A stretch of DNA of 63,371 bases, the filler included, from a bacterium UBP13_UBA5359 (lineage in GTDB: Bacteria > UBP13 > UBA5359), in assembly GCA_002410925.1 (NCBI GenBank). It is 3 parts of 3 records of this genome, joined end to end, with 100 filler letters (N's around TTAATTAATTAA, not from the genome) between each part and the next. Parts side by side here need not be neighbours in the genome. Positions count along the whole stretch, not along the records: positions 32,952 to 63,371 come from DHPR01000026.1; 2 more parts are not named here. One strand, given 5' to 3'. The notes below the pieces were generated by a model. It saw only the letters and a program-made list of their open reading frames with translations. It had not been told where the DNA came from and ran no database searches. Position numbers and translations under genes: made by a program. This document shows positions 41,010-50,905 of this stretch, piece by piece. How positions within the stretch are numbered: the first letter of the stretch is position 1; each line of letters starts with the position of its first letter.

Positions 41010-41759
41010 CTATATGCAGTCAAACAGACCGAACCCCTGGCTATTTTTTGAGCCTATCCCGGCATCATACGCCATTTGCAGCATCAATGGATGCCCGCTG
41101 ATAACGAAATTCCCCATCCAGCCTTTAATAACCGTTGCCTTGTAATTTACAGTTACCTGCCGAACTCTTTTACTTTCATTTACCGAATCAATGCTAAAGG
41201 GAAGTTCCGACCAATCCTGTTCAAGGAAGGCGGATCCCTTTTTAATAAGATTGCCCCTGATAAGCTGAGAAAACTCTTTCTCCATAGGCGAATAATAGTA
41301 AGTCTTCTTGCCTCCCTCTGCCGTGTAGAGAGTGCTATAAGCCGTAACGGGAGAGAGCATAGATATTCTGTAAGATGCGTCTTCATGGAATGAGGGAGTT
41401 TCTTCTATCAATACTTCACCAACAGCCAGGTTATTATGTCCCAGAAAGAGATCATCCAGCCCGATTATGCCGGAAAGCAGATTCTGTAGAAACTCAGTCC
41501 AGGGGCTGGAGATGCAAAAACTAATCGGTGGCGAAAAAAGGATTTCCCTTTTCTCGCGGTTGTATATGCTGTTCCCCATAAGACGAGAGAAGGCAAAGAG
41601 CTTGAAAATGCGCTTTTCATAGCTAAAACCGTGATTGTGCAGGAATTGCTGCATCTTTTCATCCGTCAGCGCCTTATAAATAAAGCCCTGAAGCATATGC
41701 TGATAATTTATTGGAAGTTTAATCGCATTTTCACTGTTAAGCACTACATTCAAACGCAT
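41010..41759 (-). CDS. cas6: Cas6 endoribonuclease (start placed at ATG 41759)
   Basis: LPINYQHMLQGFIY, FKLFAFS, G-rich loop GIGSKNSQGFG; AGAGGT RBS. Confidence 0.95.
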   Translation of the reverse strand: MRLNVVLNSENAIKLPINYQHMLQGFIYKALTDEKMQQFLHNHGFSYEKRIFKLFAFSRLMGNSIYNREKREILFSPPISFCISSPWTEFLQNLLSGIIGLDDLFLGHNNLAVGEVLIEETPSFHEDASYRISMLSPVTAYSTLYTAEGGKKTYYYSPMEKEFSQLIRGNLIKKGSAFLEQDWSELPFSIDSVNESKRVRQVTVNYKATVIKGWMGNFVISGHPLMLQMAYDAGIGSKNSQGFGLFDCI

Positions 41760-42178
41760 ACAATACCTCTTGTATTTATCCGTTGCTCCGGTTGCAATAA
41801 GGCTATAAGCAAGCGCATGGATGAAAGTACTGCATTCAAGTATAGCATTTGAAAAATAACTATGCAAATAAATATGATATGAAAAGAAGGAAGGAACAGA
41901 CCCCCTACCGCTTCAGCATATACGGTGCCGTTGTGCCCTTTGGTATAGCTTTGAGATGGCGAAATGAACATTGAATGTTCTCGTCGACTTCATCTTGCGC
42001 ACGGCACGATCGTAGGCTCTCTTCAACCCTGCCTCAGACCGCCGAAGAGAAGGCAGCGATATTTTCTGACGTGGCCCCACAAGCCAACCGGCAATGATGG
42101 TTACTATAAAGGCTTCTAAGCTATAAGGGAGCGCCTCCTCTCCATGAAAGCATATTCACATGCTAGACTCCGCATCCT

Positions 42179-42907
42179 TCATCGGCGCTCGTTCCATTCC
42201 GCTTGCAAATAACGCTCCTGTAGTAAAACAGAGGACCTTTTCAGCTCTGTAACGCTCGGTTTATCTTCATAGAGATCAAGATCAAAGCGCTCAGCAAAGC
42301 AGGCAATCATCGCTTTCTTTAGCTCTCTCTCCCCTCCGCTGTAGCCTTCCCGTTCAAGCGTAGTGATAAAATTAAGATGATCTGTATAATGAACGCCGGG
42401 CGGTATTTTTAGATATCTTTTTACCGGCAAAATATCCATATCAATAAGTATGGTGCCGTGATGCAGCAGTGCTCCGCGTCGCCTGGCTTGAGCATTTCCT
42501 GACACCTTACGTCCGTTAATCATGACATCCGATATCCGGCCTAATTCGGCTGCCAGCCCCTGAGAAGTCAGAGTAGCAGCCAGAGTACCGCATATAAGAT
42601 TATAAGAATCCTTTATGCTCATCGTATTTGGCAATATCAAAGTAAAATTCAGATTGCCGTCGTCATGATACACGGTGCCGCCGCCTGAGAAGCGCCGTAC
42701 CAAAGGTACGCCGTCTTCCCGGCAGCACTCCATATAAACCATATCCGCCATCCGTTGCGATATGCCCATAGCCACAGCAGGACCGTTGTGCCAAAAACGG
42801 AATATCGGTTCCGATGCTCCTGCGGCAACGGCCTCGAAGAGTGCCTCTTCCAGGGATATATTGGCGGCAAAATCTTGCTGGCTATAATCGATCAGGCGAC
42901 AGCGCAT
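42179..42907 (-). CDS. Lipoate-protein ligase A family (catalytic domain)
   Basis: VRRFSGGGTVYHD, KVSGNAQ, HHGT. Confidence 0.9.
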   Translation of the reverse strand: MRCRLIDYSQQDFAANISLEEALFEAVAAGASEPIFRFWHNGPAVAMGISQRMADMVYMECCREDGVPLVRRFSGGGTVYHDDGNLNFTLILPNTMSIKDSYNLICGTLAATLTSQGLAAELGRISDVMINGRKVSGNAQARRRGALLHHGTILIDMDILPVKRYLKIPPGVHYTDHLNFITTLEREGYSGGERELKKAMIACFAERFDLDLYEDKPSVTELKRSSVLLQERYLQAEWNERR

Positions 42908-42909
42908 TC

Positions 42910-44028
42910 TCAGCTTTTTCCCGCCTTTATCTCTACAAACGGCTTGGGTATTATCGCCAGCGGCAACCGGCGTTGTCTGACCTGAGCTTCCAACCTGATA
43001 CCAGCCGAAGCATACGGCTCAAGGACGTAGGCCATACCGATATCCTCTTTTCTAATCGGAGAATAGGCTCCGCTGGTAACATGTCCTACCTGCTCTTCGC
43101 CGCTGAATATGGGATATCCCTGACGCGGAACGGATCTCTCCAGCATCTTGAAACCGACCAACAATTCCACCGGCTCAGTGCGATCCTCGCATTCAAGGGC
43201 CGCTCGGCCGATGAAATCGCCTTTATTGAACTTCACCGCCCAGCCCATACCGGCTTGCAGAGGATTAATGGTTTCGCTAAGCTCATGGCCGTAGAGAGGA
43301 TATCCGGCCTCTATGCGCAGATTATCTCGAGCACCCAGACCGCAGGGCTTGGCTCCTCCGGCAGCCAGATGCCCCCAGAGATCCTCTATCTGCTCTATGC
43401 TCCACTCGCTCCGATGCAAAAAGAGCTCAAAGCCGTCTTCTCCAGTATAGCCGGTTCGGGTTATAACGCAGGGGCGCCCCAGAAGATTAATGAAGGCGAG
43501 ATCGAAATACTTCATATCGGCAGGATTTTCGCTTGTCAGAGGCTTAAGGATATTAGCCGCTATAGGCCCTTGCAAAGCAATCAGAGCATAATTATCAGTC
43601 AGATTGCGCAACGATACATCTTTATCAGGCAAGTGTCCCTTCAGCCAGCAGTAAACGCTCTGCTCGTTAACGGCGTTAGCTACCACCATGTAACTTTCAT
43701 CGGAGAATCTGTAGACAATCAGATCATCTATAATGCCGCCCTGAGGATTGCACATCAAGCTATAGATAGCCCGTCCCGGCGCTATCAAAGCAATATTGTT
43801 GGTCAGGCAGAGCTGAAGCAAGTCTATGGCCTCTGGGCCCTCCACCATGATCTTGGCCATATGAGAAACATCAAACATGCCGGCCATCTGGCGTACAGCC
43901 ATATGCTCCTCCAGAATACCGGAGTAATATACAGGCATCTCCCAACCGGCATAATCTACCAGCCTGGCCTCCTTATGCATGCCGTTCAAAGGTGTTTTCT
44001 TCAACGCAGACATCTCTTCCTCCTTCAT
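42910..44028 (-). CDS. gcvT: Glycine cleavage system T protein
   Basis: LKKTPL, GWEMPV, FDVSHM, RTGYTGEDGFE, GLGARDNLRIEAG. Confidence 0.96.
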   Translation of the reverse strand: MKEEEMSALKKTPLNGMHKEARLVDYAGWEMPVYYSGILEEHMAVRQMAGMFDVSHMAKIMVEGPEAIDLLQLCLTNNIALIAPGRAIYSLMCNPQGGIIDDLIVYRFSDESYMVVANAVNEQSVYCWLKGHLPDKDVSLRNLTDNYALIALQGPIAANILKPLTSENPADMKYFDLAFINLLGRPCVITRTGYTGEDGFELFLHRSEWSIEQIEDLWGHLAAGGAKPCGLGARDNLRIEAGYPLYGHELSETINPLQAGMGWAVKFNKGDFIGRAALECEDRTEPVELLVGFKMLERSVPRQGYPIFSGEEQVGHVTSGAYSPIRKEDIGMAYVLEPYASAGIRLEAQVRQRRLPLAIIPKPFVEIKAGKS

Positions 44029-44164
44029 ATAGCTTGCTCAGCCGTTCAGCATATCAGCCATTTGTGGTATTATACCAAGTTTTTCAGCTTTGCGGTCTTT
44101 ATTTCATCAAACCGATAACAGATTAAACAGCTTTACTGCCAAGCTTACCTAACTCATTTTATAC

Positions 44165-46435
44165 TTACAAACGCAACCTGTCTATCAATCCGCTGTATCT
44201 TTCAGTAACTTTATCGTTATTAACCGCTATTTGCAATGCCCGAGGACTGCCGATAATAACCGCCAGTTTTTTGGCACGGGTGACTGCTGTATAGAGCAGA
44301 TTGCGCTGAAGCATCATATAATGCTGTTTCAACAACGGCAGAATGATTATCGGATATTCACTCCCCTGCGATTTATGGACTGAAACAGCATAGGCTAAAG
44401 AGAGTTCATCCAGTTCGGAAAAATCATAATCTACTTCTCGCCCATCAACATTGATTCTTAGCACTTGCTCCACCGTATCAATACCGGTTATGCGTCCTAT
44501 ATCGCCGTTATAGACATCCTTATCATAATTATTGACCGTCTGCATAATCTTATCGCCGCATTTGAAGCGACGCCCCCCTCTCACCAGCTCCCTCCCCCGG
44601 GGATTGAGACGATCCTGTAAAGCATTGTTAAGGTTAATCACGCCCAGCAGCCCTCTGTGCATAGGTACCAAAACCTGTATCTGCTCAAAAGAATCTACAA
44701 GATACTTCCGGGGCAAGCGTTCTGTACAGAGAGAAAGAACGGCTTCAAGTACTTTGGGGGGATCTTCCTCCCTGATAAAAAAGAAATCACCGGTATCATC
44801 ACGGCCGGCCGGCCTGGGCATCCGACCGGAATTTATCCGATGGGCATTGGTAACTATCAGGCTGCCACCCGCCTGGCGATAGATATGATTGAGCCGAATC
44901 ACCTCTGCTCTGCCGGAGTTTATCAGGTCGCAGAGCAGATTACCGGCTCCCACCGATGGCAATTGATCTGCATCTCCTACCAAAATAAGTGATGCCCCGG
45001 GAGGCAGGGCTTTGAACAGATGATAGCCCAGAACAATATCTATCATAGAAGCTTCATCCACTATTACCAAATCCGCATCAAGAGGATTGCCCTCATTGCG
45101 TTTGAAACCTCTTTCTGAAGGGCTATATTCCAGCAGACGATGGATAGTCCTGGCTTCCTGACCGGTAGCTTCGGCCATACGCTTGGCCGCTCTGCCCGTA
45201 GGAGCACAGAGAGCAATTTTACATCCATAGCGGCTATGCAAACCTATTATAGCCTTTATTATAGTGGTTTTGCCTGTTCCCGGCCCACCGGTAATTATCA
45301 GCAGACGCCTCTGCCGTGATGCCTCAACAGCCTTTATCTGCTGTGGTGCCAGGTTAATATGCCCTTTGGGCGTAGCCTGAAGGCTAAAGGTTGAGGGCTG
45401 AAGACCATCTTGATCTACCAGATTAGCCTGAACAACCGATCCAAAACTCCGGCTCTCGGCTCCTGGTGCCTGCCTTTTACACCCGTCCATATTCTCATCA
45501 ACGGGTGCCATATCCGCCAGACGCCTAACATGCCAGGCAACTCCCGCCTCAGCATAACGAAAGGCCTTCAGATAAGCCCTCCTTGGTTGAAAACCCTCTT
45601 CGATAAAGATAGCATCATCATATTGAAGAGCATCTATTTGGGGTAACAAGAGATTTGCATCCATCTCCAGAGCCGCGGCTGCTTTTGCCGCCAGACGGTC
45701 CTCCGGCATATATACATGTCCTTCATCTGCAGCCGCACGGAGCTGATGAATCAAAGCGGCCTTTAATCTTTCCGGAGAGTTATCCGGCAAACCCAATTGC
45801 CTGGCTATACGATCAGCCGTCTTAAAGCCGATGCCAAAGATATCGAAAGCCAGCCGGTAAGGATTACGACTGACTATATTCAGTGCATCCTCACCGTAAG
45901 TCTTATATATTCGGACGGCATACGCGGCACTTATGCCATGTCCCTGCAGCCAGAGCATGACCTCTTTAATCTCGCGCTGCTCCTCCCAGGCGCGCCCGAT
46001 CATGGCAATGCGTGCCTGACCGATACCGGGAACCTCTGACAGACGCTCTATATTGTTTTCAATAATATGTAGGGTATCGATCCCAAAGCAATCCACTATC
46101 CTGCCTGCCATGACCGGGCCGATACCTTTGATAAGCCCTGAACCGAGGTATTTACGTATGCCTTCCACTGTAGCAGGGTAAACAGGGTTAAAGCGCTCTG
46201 CCTTGAACTGCTCTCCATAACGGGGATTGGTTATCCAGTAGCCGTACAGCTTAAGAGTTTCCCCGGGGTTGATACCCAGAAGATTACCAACAACCGTAAC
46301 AGGATCACGCCGTCCCCGTATCCGAACATTAGCCACAGTGTAGCCATTATCCTCATTACAATAGATAATATGGTCCAGCAAACCTTCAAGTTCCATTATG
46401 TCCGGTTTATCACCAGATGCCGTTTCATGTTTCAT
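44165..46435 (-). CDS. recD2: RecD2 ATP-dependent helicase
   Basis: YLGSGLIKGIG, NPYRL, GGPGTGKT, APTGRAA, VDEASM, GDADQLPSVG, HKSQGSE, LLYTAVTRAK. Confidence 0.93.
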   Translation of the reverse strand: MKHETASGDKPDIMELEGLLDHIIYCNEDNGYTVANVRIRGRRDPVTVVGNLLGINPGETLKLYGYWITNPRYGEQFKAERFNPVYPATVEGIRKYLGSGLIKGIGPVMAGRIVDCFGIDTLHIIENNIERLSEVPGIGQARIAMIGRAWEEQREIKEVMLWLQGHGISAAYAVRIYKTYGEDALNIVSRNPYRLAFDIFGIGFKTADRIARQLGLPDNSPERLKAALIHQLRAAADEGHVYMPEDRLAAKAAAALEMDANLLLPQIDALQYDDAIFIEEGFQPRRAYLKAFRYAEAGVAWHVRRLADMAPVDENMDGCKRQAPGAESRSFGSVVQANLVDQDGLQPSTFSLQATPKGHINLAPQQIKAVEASRQRRLLIITGGPGTGKTTIIKAIIGLHSRYGCKIALCAPTGRAAKRMAEATGQEARTIHRLLEYSPSERGFKRNEGNPLDADLVIVDEASMIDIVLGYHLFKALPPGASLILVGDADQLPSVGAGNLLCDLINSGRAEVIRLNHIYRQAGGSLIVTNAHRINSGRMPRPAGRDDTGDFFFIREEDPPKVLEAVLSLCTERLPRKYLVDSFEQIQVLVPMHRGLLGVINLNNALQDRLNPRGRELVRGGRRFKCGDKIMQTVNNYDKDVYNGDIGRITGIDTVEQVLRINVDGREVDYDFSELDELSLAYAVSVHKSQGSEYPIIILPLLKQHYMMLQRNLLYTAVTRAKKLAVIIGSPRALQIAVNNDKVTERYSGLIDRLRL

Positions 46436-46559
46436 ATAAGCTCCGTGCATGTATGTAATTATATAAGGATAGGGGCCGGGTGTTTATATCCATCATTCTT
46501 CGAACGCTAAACATCAACACCTGGCCCCCGAAGAATTTGGGGATTTAAACCTCATTATA

Positions 46560-47519
46560 TTATAATAGTGCAGACAGAGGAACTATTCGTACTCCTGCAG
46601 CAGCAAAATCAGAAAGAGCACTTTCCAGAGCGCTAGCCGTATTAGGGCGGTCATGACCTATGGCTATGGCTTTACCCTTATCACGAGCCAGATCTATGAC
46701 CTTGCGCAATTGTCCGGTAATATAGCCGCTATCATTGCTGCCGTCTAGAAATATATCGCGCTGCAAATAGGCAACACCTGCGCCGGCAGCGGCAGATGCG
46801 GCTGTGGAATTGGAGGTGGTCAGAGAATCCAGAAAGAAGAAATCCCTCTTTGAAAGAGCACGCATCACCGCCGCCATAGTATCCGCATCAGCAGTAGCCT
46901 TGGATCCCATGTGGTTGTTAACACCGATTGCTCCCGGCACATCGACAAGCGCTTCTTTTATCCGAGCCTCAATCTCTCTGCCGGTCATGGATGTTTTAAT
47001 GGTATTTTCTTCAAATGCCAATGAGCCGTTTTCAGGCTCCATCGGAAGATGCAGCAAGACTTCCCTTCCTTGTCGTGCGGCCTGAAGAGCAATTGAGCGG
47101 CTATGCGGCAGCCCTGGAAGAACGGCAAAAGTTAAAGGAGCGTCCATCTCAAGGAAGGGACGCCCATCGCTATAACCGAAATCATCTATTACTATGGCGG
47201 CTATCGCCCCTGCCCGGCCGGCCGGGTGGAGGCTCTTTTTATCCTTAGGCGGTCTATCAGGAGCTAGAAAGGGAAAACGCTTTCCAGCCCTCTCTTTGAT
47301 GTTCTTTATATCAGGAAGATCAGGGCGCTTACGCTGTTTAATGAGGCTATCTCTTTTGCTATCAGAAGGCCGTATTTGTCCAATCCGCTCACTTTTTTCT
47401 TTAGGTATCAGGCGTATGCCTTCATAATTGGCTCTAAAATAAGCATAAGAGGTTATAAGTAGCGCCAATATGATTATGGCTTTCCAATTGGCTGATTTGT
47501 GTCGTTTTCTACGGCCCAC
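46560..47519 (-). CDS. Divergent polysaccharide deacetylase (YibQ-like), membrane anchored
   Basis: IVIDDFG, LLHLPMEP, NNHMGS, FLDS, RDIFLD, IAIGH. Confidence 0.9.
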   Translation of the reverse strand: MGRRKRHKSANWKAIIILALLITSYAYFRANYEGIRLIPKEKSERIGQIRPSDSKRDSLIKQRKRPDLPDIKNIKERAGKRFPFLAPDRPPKDKKSLHPAGRAGAIAAIVIDDFGYSDGRPFLEMDAPLTFAVLPGLPHSRSIALQAARQGREVLLHLPMEPENGSLAFEENTIKTSMTGREIEARIKEALVDVPGAIGVNNHMGSKATADADTMAAVMRALSKRDFFFLDSLTTSNSTAASAAAGAGVAYLQRDIFLDGSNDSGYITGQLRKVIDLARDKGKAIAIGHDRPNTASALESALSDFAAAGVRIVPLSALL

Positions 47520-47576
47520 TATTGCATTCCCCCAAAGCCGGATTATATTCTTACCCGGATGCAATCAATTGAAGTG

Positions 47577-48824
47577 TTAGCTTGCCTTCTTCAGCGGCTG
47601 TCCGGCTTTAAGCACTTCCAAAGCTTTCTCCAACTGAGTATCTTTGCGCTTCTTGGCATCATCCTCGGTCAACCGAACCTCTATATCGGGAACAATCTTA
47701 TCACGACTTACGTCCCGTCCCTTGGGAGTCTGATATTTGGCTGTCGTTACGGTCAGGCCGGAACCGTCAGGAAGGGGATAAACACTCTGAACGGATCCCT
47801 TCCCAAAGGACCTGGTGCCGATAACTTTGCCTCGTCCCATATCCTGAATGGCACCGGCGACTATCTCCGAAGCACTGGCGCTGCCTTCGTTGATAAGCAC
47901 AACCAACGGTATGTCGATATATTTGGATTTCAGTGTATCTATTACTTTGATATTCTTCTTGCCGTCGTAATCTTCAATATATTCAGCCACACGCCGATTG
48001 CCATCTCTGACTATAACATAGGCATCTCTCTTCTTGCCTCGTTCCTTAACGGAAACCACCATACCCTCATCTATAAAATGAGCGGCAATTTCTATAGCTA
48101 CACTCAGCAATCCTCCGGGATCATTACGCAGATCCAGAACCATAGCTTTCATACCCTTGGCCTGTAATTTTTCAATCGCTTCCGTAAGCTCCGGCTCACT
48201 CTTTTCATTAAAAACTTTCAAATAAGCATAACCTATACTCTCATCAAGCATGCGATAATCAACACTTTTTAATTGAATAACACTGCGTGTCAGGGCAAAA
48301 TCCTTTGGTTTCTCCCAGCCTGAACGCATTACTGTCATCGTTACTTTGGTGCCTGCCTTGCCCCGGATGCGGCTAACGGCAGTCTTAAGATCCATATCTT
48401 TGGTTTCTTTACCATCTATTTTCAGAATCCGGTCTCCGCTTTTCAACCCTATTTTATCAGCCGGACTACCGGCAATGGGAGAAACCACCTTTAAAACGTC
48501 GTCACTCATTTCTACGACCATGCCCACGCCGTCGAAGTGCCCCTCCTGCTCTTCCCGCATTTCCTTGAATACATTCGGTTCCATAAACCTGGTATACGGA
48601 TCATTCAGCGCCTTGAGCATGCCCTCTATAGCTCCGTACATCAGCTTGGTATCATCCGTTTTTTCCACAAAATGATTATGAACAAGGCTTAAAACCTGCC
48701 AGAAGGATTGCCAAGAGGCAATATCTCCATCAGCTCTCACCAGCCTTAAGCCGTATCCTGTAACAAAAGAGCCGGCCATCAGTATAAGAATTATACCGAT
48801 AAAAACTATTCTTTTTAGACGCAT
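47577..48824 (-). CDS. S41 carboxyl-terminal processing protease (CtpA-like) with PDZ domain
   Basis: LNDPYT, PDZ, DLRNDPGG, SASASEI, SFGKGSVQ. Confidence 0.92.
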   Translation of the reverse strand: MRLKRIVFIGIILILMAGSFVTGYGLRLVRADGDIASWQSFWQVLSLVHNHFVEKTDDTKLMYGAIEGMLKALNDPYTRFMEPNVFKEMREEQEGHFDGVGMVVEMSDDVLKVVSPIAGSPADKIGLKSGDRILKIDGKETKDMDLKTAVSRIRGKAGTKVTMTVMRSGWEKPKDFALTRSVIQLKSVDYRMLDESIGYAYLKVFNEKSEPELTEAIEKLQAKGMKAMVLDLRNDPGGLLSVAIEIAAHFIDEGMVVSVKERGKKRDAYVIVRDGNRRVAEYIEDYDGKKNIKVIDTLKSKYIDIPLVVLINEGSASASEIVAGAIQDMGRGKVIGTRSFGKGSVQSVYPLPDGSGLTVTTAKYQTPKGRDVSRDKIVPDIEVRLTEDDAKKRKDTQLEKALEVLKAGQPLKKAS

Positions 48825-48863
48825 ATATTTATGCTCCTTCTACTTCGGATTAGGATAGATTTA

Positions 48864-50003
48864 TCATCCGCCCCGAGGATTAACCGGAACTCCATTTCGC
48901 CGGACCTCAAAGTGAACATGAGGTCCGGTGCTGAAACCGGTACTGCCGGCATAGGCAATCACCTGGCCCTGATTGACTCTCTTTCCGGCATGAGAGGCAA
49001 TACGAGAATTATGTGCATATAAAGTGGATAATCCTCCTCCATGATCTATGATGACAACCAGACCATATCCTCCCCAATTGCCGGTGTAGATAACCTCTCC
49101 TGCAGCTGATGCGCAAACCGGCGTTCCCATGGGCACAGCAATATCTATGCCGGTATGCATCCGCCTTGTCTTGAATATAGGATGTGTTCGGTAACCAAAT
49201 CCCGAAGTTATCCTTCCGTTGACAGGCAGCGCGAAACTTCCCTGCCAGGCTACAGCATTTCTGCGACGCCCCTGCGGTGTGTTCATAAGACGCCGAATCA
49301 TTCTCTCTACCTGGTTGGAACTGATCTCTAATTGTGCCAGCTCCTGCTCGTATCTGGCACGCTGCGCCCTTATATCCTGCAAAGCAGCTCCCTGTGCCCA
49401 GGCCTGCGCTCGATAAACACGTTCCTTCTGACTTACCTGTTGCTTGAGATAATTGATTTCCTGCTGTTTAGCGGTCACTTCCCGTTCAGTAGCTGCCAGC
49501 GCCTCCTTCTGTCGAATAAAATCCTTCAGTATATTCAAATCCTGACGGGCCACCAGACGCAAAAAATTCAGACGATTGACAAAAGAGCTGAAATTACCGG
49601 CACCCAGAAAAACCTCCATGCAAGAAACACGGCCATATTTGTACATGCGTACCAGACGATCTTCAAGATCGTGGTGATGCTGCTTCGTGCGTACCCTGGC
49701 TTCCTGCAGCCTGACCTGAACGGCGGCAAGCTCCATTTTAACCGTAGCCAGATGATCACTTACCCTATCCAGCTCACAGCGCGTTTGTGCCAGCGCTCCC
49801 CGGGTACGGTTGAGATCTGTTCTTGTACGCCTTTCCTGCTGTTTTATATGAGAAAGCTTATTCCTTTGCTGACGCATAAGCTGTTGTATCCGGTTAAGTT
49901 TGCTCCGCTGTGATCGCAAGCTTACCGCAGCATCGGACGCCGGAACCGACAATAGAGTCAGCGCCAGTATCAAAGCTGCTATTCTTGTTCTCATACCATG
50001 CAT
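48864..50003 (-). CDS. EnvC-like coiled-coil M23 peptidase / murein hydrolase activator
   Basis: Signal peptide, long coiled coil, HTGID and HVHFE motifs; follows ftsEX. Confidence 0.9.
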   Translation of the reverse strand: MHGMRTRIAALILALTLLSVPASDAAVSLRSQRSKLNRIQQLMRQQRNKLSHIKQQERRTRTDLNRTRGALAQTRCELDRVSDHLATVKMELAAVQVRLQEARVRTKQHHHDLEDRLVRMYKYGRVSCMEVFLGAGNFSSFVNRLNFLRLVARQDLNILKDFIRQKEALAATEREVTAKQQEINYLKQQVSQKERVYRAQAWAQGAALQDIRAQRARYEQELAQLEISSNQVERMIRRLMNTPQGRRRNAVAWQGSFALPVNGRITSGFGYRTHPIFKTRRMHTGIDIAVPMGTPVCASAAGEVIYTGNWGGYGLVVIIDHGGGLSTLYAHNSRIASHAGKRVNQGQVIAYAGSTGFSTGPHVHFEVRRNGVPVNPRGG

Positions 50004-50014
50004 GAAACCGCTCC

Positions 50015-50905
50015 TTAAGCCAACGCTTTTAAGAACTTCCTAACCGAAGAAAAGCTACCAAACGCCCCAACCAATACACCACCTGCCAGCAGGGCTATGG
50101 AGATATGCAACAGTGCCTGCTCATTATAAGCCAGCGGAAAGATAAATGTCAGCGGCCAGTTTTTAACCAGCCAGGCATAACCTGCCGCTGCAATGCCTAC
50201 GGCCAGCAAAGAGCCCGCCAGGCCATGGAATATACCTTCCATGATAAACGGCCAATTAATGAACCAATCGGTAGCACCCACCAACTGCATAATCCTTATC
50301 TCCTTACGTCGCGCAAACACTGTCAGCCTGATAGTGTTTGCTATGACGAAAGCGGTAACCAGGCAGAGAATAATTATAGCCGCCAAGCCGCCTATTTGAA
50401 CTATACGCCGGATCATATTTAAAGTAGTGATAATATCTTCGCCATAATGTATCTCATCTATTGCCGGCTGCCCCTTGATAACGGAGGTAAGCGATGCTAC
50501 TTTGGAGGTGTCAACCATCTCTATCTCCAGCGAAGCCGGCAGGGGAGCCGTATCCACTATCCGCCCCAGATCCGCCTGGCCCGACATATCCTGTTTAAGA
50601 CGTTCCCGAGCTTTGTCAACGCTGACGTAATCTACCTTGTAAACACCGTCCAGTCCCTCTATCATACGCTTCAAAGCATCGACTTCAGCAACAGAGGCCT
50701 CTGCCTTCAGATAAAGACATACTCTGGTCTTGGACGATACTTCATTTATGGTGCTTTTCAGATTAAGATTGAAAAGCAGAAAAGCCCCCAGAACCAGCAT
50801 AGAGACCGTCACTGTTCCTATAGATGCCAGAGTCATCAGGCCGTTGTAGCGAAGGTTTGACGCCGTTTCAGAGAGAAAATAGCCCAAACGCATTCTAGAG
50901 CTCAC
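50015..50905 (-). CDS. ftsX: Cell division permease FtsX
   Basis: NTIRLTVFARRKEIRIMQLVGATDWFI. Confidence 0.94.
   Translation of the reverse strand: MSSRMRLGYFLSETASNLRYNGLMTLASIGTVTVSMLVLGAFLLFNLNLKSTINEVSSKTRVCLYLKAEASVAEVDALKRMIEGLDGVYKVDYVSVDKARERLKQDMSGQADLGRIVDTAPLPASLEIEMVDTSKVASLTSVIKGQPAIDEIHYGEDIITTLNMIRRIVQIGGLAAIIILCLVTAFVIANTIRLTVFARRKEIRIMQLVGATDWFINWPFIMEGIFHGLAGSLLAVGIAAAGYAWLVKNWPLTFIFPLAYNEQALLHISIALLAGGVLVGAFGSFSSVRKFLKALA

Noticed and set aside
42055-42080. Minus-strand GGGGCCAC..CAGAA resembling the start of HDV-like ribozymes
   Set aside because: Could not build P1, P3 and the catalytic J4/2 strand from the following sequence
42090-42135. Fluoride-riboswitch-like GGCAATGATG start and CTATAAGG resemblance to the I-B repeat
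   Set aside because: The downstream conserved riboswitch core is absent and no suitable gene follows; the repeat similarity is only ~8 nt
42814-44118. 434-aa plus-strand ORF
   Set aside because: Antisense shadow of gcvT
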